Below are positions 48,480-55,058 of a DNA stretch of 64,000 bases, in pieces (position 1 is the first letter of the stretch; the number at the start of each line of letters is the position of its first letter). Source of the DNA: Clostridia bacterium (GTDB taxonomy: Bacteria > Bacillota > Clostridia > Christensenellales > Borkfalkiaceae). A program made the translations under genes and the position numbers. The notes beneath the pieces were generated by a model, which had not been told where the DNA came from, did no database searches, and worked only from the letters and a program-made list of their open reading frames with translations. The stretch covers positions 11,701 to 75,700 of the forward strand of contig JAFVPE010000020.1 in assembly GCA_017505465.1 (NCBI GenBank). The letters run 5' to 3'.

Positions 48480-48752
48480 AAAATAAAACGCCCTGCGAGC
48501 CTTTTTACAAGGCTCGCAGGGCGAACATTCGCGGTACCACCTGCGTTCGTATGGTTATATCCCATACCTTATTTTCGCGGTCACGTCGCGCATACGGCTC
48601 TTCCTACCCCCCCTTATGGGCTCAAAAGAGCGGCTCCAAAGCGAAACGGTCGTTTCTCACCGACTTACACACCTTTCAGCCTACGGGTGCGCTCTCTGTT
48701 AAGACGGCAGTTGAAAAACACCAACTTTTTCACAGCCTTTTATTTGATTTAC
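48480..48752 (-). promoter_or_regulatory. T-box riboswitch leader (Phe) with terminator/antiterminator
   Basis: On the minus strand: AGAGAG stem-I base, UUUC (contains Phe codons UUU and UUC) near 48643-48646, conserved T-box AGGTGGTACCGCG (48542-48530), and a 12-bp terminator hairpin (48522-48490) followed by GTTTTATTTT. Confidence 0.85.
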
Positions 48753-48758
48753 TTATCT

Positions 48759-48787
48759 ATTATATCCGTTTTTCTTCGAAAAGTCAA
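48759..48787 (-). promoter_or_regulatory. Candidate sigma-A promoter of the T-box/pheST operon
   Basis: On the minus strand: TTGACT (48787-48782), 17-nt spacer, TATAAT (48764-48759). Confidence 0.6.
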
Positions 48788-48797
48788 CGAATTTCTA

Positions 48798-49463
48798 TTA
48801 TTTTTGCGCTTTTAACAAATCGCGGATTTCCGCCAAAAGAACGGTGTTTGCCATTGCTTTTTCTTCCGCAAGGCGAGCTTCTTCCGCCGCTTTTTCTGCT
48901 GCGATACGTTCTTCTTCCGCCTTTGCCGCTGCTGCCGCTTCAAGCTGCGCCGCATAGATAGCCTTTGCTTCCTTCTTGGAAACCTTTTGCGCTTTGCGGA
49001 TTGCCTTAATCGCTTTCTTTTCTTCGCTTTGCATCTTTCCTTTCGCATTTTCGCTTGCGTCCTTGATGCTATTGATCGTCTTAACAATAACGAACAGCAC
49101 GATTGCAATCAAGAAGAAGTTGATAATTGCGCTAATGAATGCACCCCAATCAATGTAGATAGAGTTTGCAAGGTCATACATTACTTTCGTGCCATTTTCA
49201 CCATTTTGAAGAACGCCATCAATCGTTTGATAGTTCATCGACAACGGAGTAATTGCGCTGTTCAAGCCGTTATCGCCAAGGCAAAGCGCAAGAATCCAGT
49301 TAATCAAGGGTTTCAAAATGAAGTTACTCAAGCCGTTTACAATACCCGTAAACGCACCGCCTACGATAACGCCGACAGCCATGTCGAGTACGTTGCCACG
49401 AGTGATGAACTTCTTAAATTCGCCGAAAAATCTCTTTACGGCGTTCGGTTTTTTTTCTGCCAT
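48798..49463 (-). CDS. mscL: Large-conductance mechanosensitive channel with an extended charged linker
   Basis: FKKFITRGNVLDMAVGVIVGGAF at the N-terminus and LLAEIRDLLK at the C-terminus. Start set at the ATG at 49463 (AAGAGG SD). 221 aa versus the usual ~140. Confidence 0.85.
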   Translation of the reverse strand: MAEKKPNAVKRFFGEFKKFITRGNVLDMAVGVIVGGAFTGIVNGLSNFILKPLINWILALCLGDNGLNSAITPLSMNYQTIDGVLQNGENGTKVMYDLANSIYIDWGAFISAIINFFLIAIVLFVIVKTINSIKDASENAKGKMQSEEKKAIKAIRKAQKVSKKEAKAIYAAQLEAAAAAKAEEERIAAEKAAEEARLAEEKAMANTVLLAEIRDLLKAQK

Positions 49464-49503
49464 AATTCTTACCTCTTTCGTTTTTATTTCTAAAACTATT
49501 CTC

Positions 49504-49532
49504 ATTATACTACTCGATAAAAAAAATGTCAA
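49504..49532 (-). promoter_or_regulatory. Candidate sigma-A promoter of mscL
   Basis: On the minus strand: TTGACA (49532-49527), 17-nt spacer, TATAAT (49509-49504). Confidence 0.55.
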
Positions 49533-49544
49533 CGAAAAAAACGC

Positions 49545-49570
49545 CGAAAGCGTGTTTTTTCACACTTTCG
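49545..49570 (-). terminator. Intrinsic terminator after the small-gene pair
   Basis: On the minus strand: CGAAAGTGTG-A6-CACGCTTTCG (one mismatch) followed by GCGTTTTTTT. Confidence 0.5.
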
Positions 49571-49604
49571 ACGTAATTTTTTTGCAACTTTTTTACTTAC
49601 AAAA

Positions 49605-49856
49605 TCATTCTTTCGCCAAAGCTTTCTTTTTTAAAGAAACCCCCACCGATTGCAAGGATTTTTCAAGCAGTTCTTCTATCCGTTTCTCATTTTCTTGCGT
49701 TTCCTGTTGAAACTGCAAAAGTTCCCGTTCCGTTTCCTTTCTTTCGGCGGATTGCGCGCCCGCACCGTATGCATTGCAAAGCGAGCGCTCAAAATAGAGC
49801 AAATCGCGCAAGCTATCCGCTTCGTTTAACGTTATCTCTCTTTTTTCCAGCTTCAT
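49605..49856 (-). CDS. Hypothetical 83-aa helical protein
   Basis: The ATG at 49856 overlaps the upstream stop (ATGA). GAGGGGA SD. Predicted helical and Glu/Leu/Gln-rich. I did not recognise a family. Confidence 0.5.
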   Translation of the reverse strand: MKLEKREITLNEADSLRDLLYFERSLCNAYGAGAQSAERKETERELLQFQQETQENEKRIEELLEKSLQSVGVSLKKKALAKE

Positions 49857-50098
49857 TTTTCGTTCCCCTCGGACATGGTATGCCCATTTTTCATTTTTGG
49901 CGGTTTTCCGCACAAGAGCGTTTCCAACGCTACGGCGCGTCTTTGATGTTGCTGCGCAAGCGTTTCCATTTCCTTTGCAAGCGTGGTATCTATCAACAAT
50001 CGAGAATAGATATTCGCCTTCTTTTCCGCAAGCTTTTCCATTTCACAAAGCGCTTGCAAAACCTTCTCTTCCCCTATTCCTTCACAGTTTTTTCGCAT
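49853..50098 (-). CDS. Hypothetical 81-aa helical protein
   Basis: ATG at 50098 with GGGGGA upstream. Translationally coupled to the next small gene. I did not recognise a family. Confidence 0.5.
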   Translation of the reverse strand: MRKNCEGIGEEKVLQALCEMEKLAEKKANIYSRLLIDTTLAKEMETLAQQHQRRAVALETLLCGKPPKMKNGHTMSEGNEK

Positions 50099-50147
50099 AA
50101 AAATCCCCCGTAGCCGCAGTATGCGAAAAACGAGGGAATTCTATACT

Positions 50148-50789
50148 TTATTTTCTTTTTTTACCGTGACGGGCATAATCGCAAATTTCCTGTAAGGTGC
50201 AGCCGTCGCAATTCGGTCTTTGCGAATGGCACACCCTTCTGCCATGATAAATGAGCCAATGATGCGCCTTCGACCAATCGGATTTTGGAATCGCTTTACA
50301 CAAGCCTTCTTCCACGGCAAGCGGCGTTGCACCTTTCGCAAGCCCCAAACGGTTGCTTACGCGAAAAACGTGGGTATCCACGGCAATTGCGTCACCGCCA
50401 AACGCCACGGAATACACGACATTCGCCGTCTTTTTGCCCACGCCTGCAAGGCGCATTAAGTTTTCAATCGTATTCGGCACTTCGCCGCCGAATTTATCCA
50501 AAATATCCTGCGACGCGGAAAGGATATGCTCCGCTTTCATACGATAAAAACCGCAAGAAAAAATATATTTTTCCAACTCCTTTTGCGAAAGAGTGACCAT
50601 CGCTTGCGGCGTGTTATACCTTTGAAATAATATCGCCGTGACTTTATTCACGCGCTCGTCCGTGCATTGCGCGGACAAAATAACCGCTACGAGTAATTCG
50701 TACGGCGTTGTATATTCGAGCGCAGGTTTTGCGTCCGGATAAAGATTTGCAAGCTCCGCAAGAGCCGTTTTTTTGTCGATTTCTTTCAT
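50148..50789 (-). CDS. nth: Endonuclease III
   Basis: HhH-GPD motif (LMRLAGVGKKTANVV), catalytic Lys/Asp region, and the C-terminal 4Fe-4S cluster C-x6-C-x2-C-x5-C. No SD upstream of the ATG. Confidence 0.95.
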   Translation of the reverse strand: MKEIDKKTALAELANLYPDAKPALEYTTPYELLVAVILSAQCTDERVNKVTAILFQRYNTPQAMVTLSQKELEKYIFSCGFYRMKAEHILSASQDILDKFGGEVPNTIENLMRLAGVGKKTANVVYSVAFGGDAIAVDTHVFRVSNRLGLAKGATPLAVEEGLCKAIPKSDWSKAHHWLIYHGRRVCHSQRPNCDGCTLQEICDYARHGKKRK

Positions 50790-50800
50790 AATATATTCAG

Positions 50801-51076
50801 TATACTATAGAGTAATAATACGAACCAGCCCAAAAGCCGTCTTTTTTGCGCTTTACGGCTCGTCATCGTTATAATACGCCAGTATAATTGTTTCCTCCTC
50901 ACCAAAATCGAAAAATTGCGGCTTTTGGGTGCGGAGCAATTTTCCAACGGACAAATTTTAGACGGACACAAGGCGAAACCGCAGGGCAACCTTGACGGTT
51001 TACCGAGGATTTCAACGAAGTAGACGGCAAAATTTGTCGCTCGAAATCTTGGTTCGTTTTATTCTTCTATAGTATA
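50801..51076. other. 276-bp structured element bounded by 27-nt imperfect inverted repeats (unclassified RNA leader or MITE-like element)
   Basis: Terminal inverted repeats at 50801-50827 and 51050-51076 match at 24/27. Nested inside are a perfect 11-bp inverted pair (50829-39 / 50919-29) and a perfect 10-bp pair (50950-59 / 51029-38). Confidence 0.6.
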
Positions 51077-51099
51077 GCACACTTGCGCATATTTTGCAA
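51071..51099 (-). promoter_or_regulatory. Candidate sigma-A promoter firing into the structured element toward nth
   Basis: On the minus strand: TTGCAA (51099-51094), 17-nt spacer, TATACT (51076-51071). The -10 hexamer is the terminal hexamer of the right inverted repeat. Confidence 0.5.
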
Positions 51100-51166
51100 C
51101 TCTTTCGCTTTTCCTATCACCTACTTTTCTGAAAAAATATATTCAATGCGTACCTGCCTACCCCGT

Positions 51167-51433
51167 TTATTCGACGTAAGGTGTTACGTTTAAGTTGCCG
51201 TTGGTAAAATTCATTCTATAAAAGCCTTTGAACGAAGTGTATCGCCCCATTTTCAAAATGGCGTTCGCTCTTGCAAACTCCCGTGCCTCAAAACGAACGC
51301 AAAGTCCACAACCGATTCTTGCTTCTTTGGGCGTAGGCATCACCGAAGCCGCTACTCCGTAGCTCCTTAGCCGTTCCGCATAATCTAAGCTTTGCGCTCT
51401 CGCGCGAAAAACCGCTATTATTATCATTGTCAT
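51167..51433 (-). CDS. DUF3343-like small protein (putative S/Se carrier-associated)
   Basis: 88 aa with AGGAGG SD. The pattern ..VMPTPKEARIGCGLCVRFE.. matches my recollection of DUF3343 (PTP..S..CG.A..F). Confidence 0.65.
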   Translation of the reverse strand: MTMIIIAVFRARAQSLDYAERLRSYGVAASVMPTPKEARIGCGLCVRFEAREFARANAILKMGRYTSFKGFYRMNFTNGNLNVTPYVE

Positions 51434-51491
51434 ACGTGCCTCCTTTTCGGAATACTATATTTTATGAATACACGAAAAAAAGAGGTGCCTT

Positions 51492-52613
51492 ATGATCTAT
51501 TTTGATAACGCCGCTACGGGCGGAAGAAAACCCGAGCAAGTACTCTCCGCCGTCAATGCTTCCCTTCGAGTTTGCGCCAATCCCGGTAGAAGCGGACACA
51601 AGCTCTCGCTCGTTTGTGCTTCCAACGTGCAAAAATGTCGGGATACACTCGATCATTTCTTTAACGGTTACGGATACGACCGCGTTGTGTTTACAAAAAA
51701 CTGCACGGAAGCCTTGAATCTCGCCATTTTTGGAACGCTTAAAAAAGGCGACCACGTCGTTACCACCTGTATGGAGCACAATTCCGTGCTTCGTCCTTTG
51801 GAATTTCTCAAAAAAGCGGGCGTAATTGAGTATGACGTTTGCCCTTTATCCAATGGGAATATCACCCCCGAAAGCGTGCGCTCGCTCCTTCGAAAAAACA
51901 CGCGTATGGTGATTATCACCACTGCTTCAAACGTTACGGGGGCGATCCCCCCTATTAAAAAAATCCGTGCCGCTTTGCCAAAAGACGTGCTTTTGCTTTG
52001 CGACGGAGCGCAAGGCGCAGGTCATATCAACATTGATATGCTTGACGCAAGCCTCGATTTTTTAACCGTGGCGGGACATAAGGGGATAATGGGCATTCAG
52101 GGAAGTGGTGCGCTTCTCTTTTCCGAGCGTGTAGATATCCAACCGCTTACCTACGGCGGTACGGGATCTATGAGCCTTTCTCTCGATATGCCCGATTTTT
52201 ATCCCGACGGTTTGGAAGCAGGAACGCTTGCCTATCCTGCGATTGTATCCTTGCTCGAAGGCACGCATTACGTAACCGTCCGTTTAGAGCAAATTGCACA
52301 CCGCTTGACCGCGCTTACGAAATACCTTATCAACGGTTTATCCGCTTTCAATACCTACGAAATCTTTTCCAAGCCGAATGCTTGCGGCATCGTTGCCTTT
52401 CGGCATTCGTCGATACAGTCGGAGTATATTGCAGACACACTGTCAAGTAGGCACAATATCGCCGTGCGCGGCGGTTTGCACTGCGCGCCCTTAATGCACG
52501 AAGCGCTCGGCACGCTCGACGGTGGACTTGTCCGCGTTTCCTTCTCACATTTTAACACGGAAAATGAAATTGATAGGCTTCTTCTCGCATTAAAAGAAAT
52601 CGGTAACCGATAA
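51492..52613 (+). CDS. Class V aminotransferase-fold PLP enzyme, cysteine desulfurase / selenocysteine lyase-like
   Basis: IYFDNAAT start and a PLP-lysine in VAGHKGIMG. AAAGAGG SD. 373 aa. Confidence 0.85.
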   Translation: MIYFDNAATGGRKPEQVLSAVNASLRVCANPGRSGHKLSLVCASNVQKCRDTLDHFFNGYGYDRVVFTKNCTEALNLAIFGTLKKGDHVVTTCMEHNSVLRPLEFLKKAGVIEYDVCPLSNGNITPESVRSLLRKNTRMVIITTASNVTGAIPPIKKIRAALPKDVLLLCDGAQGAGHINIDMLDASLDFLTVAGHKGIMGIQGSGALLFSERVDIQPLTYGGTGSMSLSLDMPDFYPDGLEAGTLAYPAIVSLLEGTHYVTVRLEQIAHRLTALTKYLINGLSAFNTYEIFSKPNACGIVAFRHSSIQSEYIADTLSSRHNIAVRGGLHCAPLMHEALGTLDGGLVRVSFSHFNTENEIDRLLLALKEIGNR

Positions 52614-52632
52614 ATTTCGCCGCATACATGGT

Positions 52633-52668
52633 ATGCCCGAATTTTGCTATTGAGCAAAATTCGGGCAT
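52633..52668 (+). terminator. Intrinsic terminator
   Basis: Perfect 15-bp stem ATGCCCGAATTTTGC-TATTGA-GCAAAATTCGGGCAT followed by GCTTTTTAT. Confidence 0.8.
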
Positions 52669-52673
52669 GCTTT

Positions 52674-52970
52674 TTATATATCCTTCAATCTATCCACAAC
52701 CGCGCGAAGCCGTCTTTTTTGCACCCCGTCCAACATCGGCGCAAAGCTTTGATAAAACGCTTCAATCTCTTCGTTGGAAAGAGTCCCTGCTCGCTTACTC
52801 TTTTCCGCTTCGGCGAGAATGCTTTGCAGCATCGAAGCATTACTCCTTCCGTTGTACGCCATGGCAATTTTTTTCGTTAACTCTTCGGCATTTGCCGCCG
52901 TTTCCGCATCAGGTGTTTGCGCTTTACTCACTTCCGCCGCTTGTTTGGAATACTCTTTAAAACTGTTCAT
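52674..52970 (-). CDS. Hypothetical 98-aa helical protein
   Basis: Strong GGAGGTG SD and its own promoter. I did not recognise a family. Confidence 0.6.
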   Translation of the reverse strand: MNSFKEYSKQAAEVSKAQTPDAETAANAEELTKKIAMAYNGRSNASMLQSILAEAEKSKRAGTLSNEEIEAFYQSFAPMLDGVQKRRLRAVVDRLKDI

Positions 52971-52986
52971 CTCCGCACCTCCAAAT

Positions 52987-53015
52987 AGAATACTATATCA
53001 TATTCCGCCCGTCAA
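52987..53015 (-). promoter_or_regulatory. Candidate sigma-A promoter of the 98-aa gene
   Basis: On the minus strand: TTGACG (53015-53010), 17-nt spacer, TATTCT (52992-52987). Confidence 0.45.
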
Positions 53016-53046
53016 TTTTCTTGCTACTTTGCGCATATACTGCACT

Positions 53047-53361
53047 ATGGAAGTTTTTATTTTAGTGCTTTTTTATTATCTTTCACAAAATGCGGATTTC
53101 GCCGAGAGCGTAAAGCCGTTGATGAATCAATTAAAGGATTCCGAGCAAATGCTCAAATTCTTAAACGATCTTTCCAAATTCTCGGAAACGTTCAGCGCAT
53201 TCAAGCCAAACGAACAGCCCAAGCAGGAAACCCCGCCGCCTCCCCCTCCCCCGAAGCAAGAAGATAAGTCGGACAACAAAGAAAATCCGCAATCCCCTAC
53301 GTCGGGAATTGCGGATGAGTTTATTCAAAGTATTTTAGACAGTTATTTAAAAAAAACGTAA
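53047..53361 (+). CDS. Hypothetical 104-aa protein with a hydrophobic N-terminus and a poly-proline tract; possibly leaderless
   Basis: In-frame ATG at 53047, lying 5 nt after a TATACT -10 box (53036-53041), with no SD. The upstream part of the ORF-track ORF is antisense to the 98-aa gene. Contains PPPPPPP. Confidence 0.4.
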   Translation: MEVFILVLFYYLSQNADFAESVKPLMNQLKDSEQMLKFLNDLSKFSETFSAFKPNEQPKQETPPPPPPPKQEDKSDNKENPQSPTSGIADEFIQSILDSYLKKT

Positions 53362-54060
53362 TTATGCGATAGAAAAACCGCCGTTCACGGGAAGATCAAT
53401 CCCCGTCACGTAGTCGTTCTCTTCCAAATAGAGAACGGCTTTTGCCACGTCCTCGCCCAAGCCGATACGCCCCATGGGGATTTCCTCTTTGAGCGCCTGC
53501 ATTTCATCTTCGGAAAAATGCGCGTTCATCGGCGTATCGATAACGCCGGGGGAAACGCAGTTTACGCGAATTTTCGACCAACCAAGCTCTTTGGCAAGCG
53601 CTTTTGTAAAGCCGATAAGCGCCGCCTTAGACGCCGAATACACACTTTCACAGCTACCGCCAACTTCCCCCCAAACGGAAGAAATATTGACGATTAAACC
53701 GCTTCGATTGTCAATCATTCTCTTCGCCGCTTCACGAGCGCACAAAAATGCACCGCCGACGTTCACAGCCATAAGACGGTTGAATTCTTCATAGCTCACG
53801 TCTTGAATTTGCTTTATCAAGGAAACGCCTGCGTTATTCACGAGCACGTCCACCTTCCCCACTTTTTCAAAGAGTGAAACTACGTCCGTTTCGTCTGCAA
53901 CGTCCGCGCGATATACCGCCACACCGAGCGCCGCCATTTCCGCCGCGCTCTTTTCGTCGCGGGAATAAGTCACGCAAACGCGGTATCCTTTCTTTTGAAA
54001 TGCGAGCGCAATGCTTTTGCCAATACCGCGCACACCGCCCGTCACCAAAACCGTCTTCAT
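53362..54060 (-). CDS. Short-chain dehydrogenase/reductase (FabG-like)
   Basis: TGGVRGIG cofactor motif, NNAG, and the catalytic YSASK. Start set at the ATG at 54060 (MKTVLVTGG). Confidence 0.85.
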   Translation of the reverse strand: MKTVLVTGGVRGIGKSIALAFQKKGYRVCVTYSRDEKSAAEMAALGVAVYRADVADETDVVSLFEKVGKVDVLVNNAGVSLIKQIQDVSYEEFNRLMAVNVGGAFLCAREAAKRMIDNRSGLIVNISSVWGEVGGSCESVYSASKAALIGFTKALAKELGWSKIRVNCVSPGVIDTPMNAHFSEDEMQALKEEIPMGRIGLGEDVAKAVLYLEENDYVTGIDLPVNGGFSIA

Positions 54061-54085
54061 CTCGTACCTGCCTACCTTATTTTCA

Positions 54086-54589
54086 TTAGCAACCCACCGT
54101 TGCAATGATTTCCATCGCAATTTGTTCGGGGGATTTTCCATCCACGTCTATAATACAATCGGCTACGCGCTCGTAAATGGGGGCGCGCTGTTCCATAAGC
54201 CTTTCCAAACGGATAGAAATACTTTCCGCCGTTTGAAGCAACGGACGACTATCGTCCGTTTTTAAGCGGTTTGCTAGCGTTTCCACACTTGCGCGCAAAT
54301 AGACAATTTTCCCGTTTGCTTGCAAGGCTTCGCAATTCTCGTTTTTCAATACCACACCGCCGCCCGTAGAAATAACAAGGGCGTCCTTTTGCGCAAGCTC
54401 CTTGACTGTTTCCGTTTCCAAATCACGGAAATGCGCTTCGCCGTAATACTCGAAAATATCGGAAATTTTACCGTATCTCTTCACGATCAAATCATCGGTA
54501 TCATACCAACGCCGACCGGTAATTTCTGCAATTTTTATGCCGACAGTCGTTTTTCCCGAACCCATCATACCGCATAAAATAAGGTTCAT
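54086..54589 (-). CDS. aroK: Shikimate kinase
   Basis: Walker A GMMGSGKTTVG and the ISTGGG shikimate-binding motif. Confidence 0.9.
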   Translation of the reverse strand: MNLILCGMMGSGKTTVGIKIAEITGRRWYDTDDLIVKRYGKISDIFEYYGEAHFRDLETETVKELAQKDALVISTGGGVVLKNENCEALQANGKIVYLRASVETLANRLKTDDSRPLLQTAESISIRLERLMEQRAPIYERVADCIIDVDGKSPEQIAMEIIATVGC

Positions 54590-54601
54590 AATTTCCCCCG
54601 C

Positions 54602-55042
54602 TTATTTCGATAAACAATCCTTCAAGCCGACAATCGCCGCAATATAGCTGCCGTGTCCAAATCCGCAAACAACCCCTTTGCACACTTCGGAAAGAACGCT
54701 CTTGTGGCGGAATTCTTCACGCGCGTGCACGTTGGAAATATGCACTTCCGCAACGGGAATATCAATCGCCGCAATCGCATCGCGAAGAGCATAGCTATAA
54801 TGGGTGAATGCGCCTGCGTTGAACAAAATTGCGTCGCAGGTTTTATTCAAAAAGGCTTCGTGGAACTTATTGACAAGCTCCCCTTCGATATTGCTTTGAT
54901 AAAATTCTACGCTGTCGCCGTTTGCTTTACAAAACGCCGCAATCTTTGCGTTGATATCTTCAAGAGTCGCCGAGCCGTAAACGCTCTTTTCGCGCTTGCC
55001 CGTGAGATTGAGATTCACTCCGTTGATAACCAAAAATTTCAT
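54602..55042 (-). CDS. aroQ: 3-dehydroquinate dehydratase, type II
   Basis: INGVNLNLTGKRE, QSNIEGELV and the NAGAFTHYS..HISN motifs. Confidence 0.95.
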   Translation of the reverse strand: MKFLVINGVNLNLTGKREKSVYGSATLEDINAKIAAFCKANGDSVEFYQSNIEGELVNKFHEAFLNKTCDAILFNAGAFTHYSYALRDAIAAIDIPVAEVHISNVHAREEFRHKSVLSEVCKGVVCGFGHGSYIAAIVGLKDCLSK

Positions 55043-55058
55043 AATCGTACGTCCTCCG

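Noticed and set aside
50786-50989. A 67-aa Cys-rich ORF (TTG start) from the ORF track, inside the nth upstream element.
   Set aside because: It has a non-ATG start and no SD, and it spans the predicted RNA helices. Only its last 26 codons (ATG at 50866, with the stop overlapping the nth ATG) are kept as a hypothesis, under the structured-element finding.
54061-54141. N-terminal extensions in the ORF track: the SDR gene to 54141, aroB to 58411, holA to 8304, lysC to 5965, rbfA to 11616, infB to 14336 and mscL to 49532.
   Set aside because: The extensions overlap the upstream gene or lack an SD. An in-frame ATG with an SD, and an N-terminus typical of the family, lies downstream in each case.
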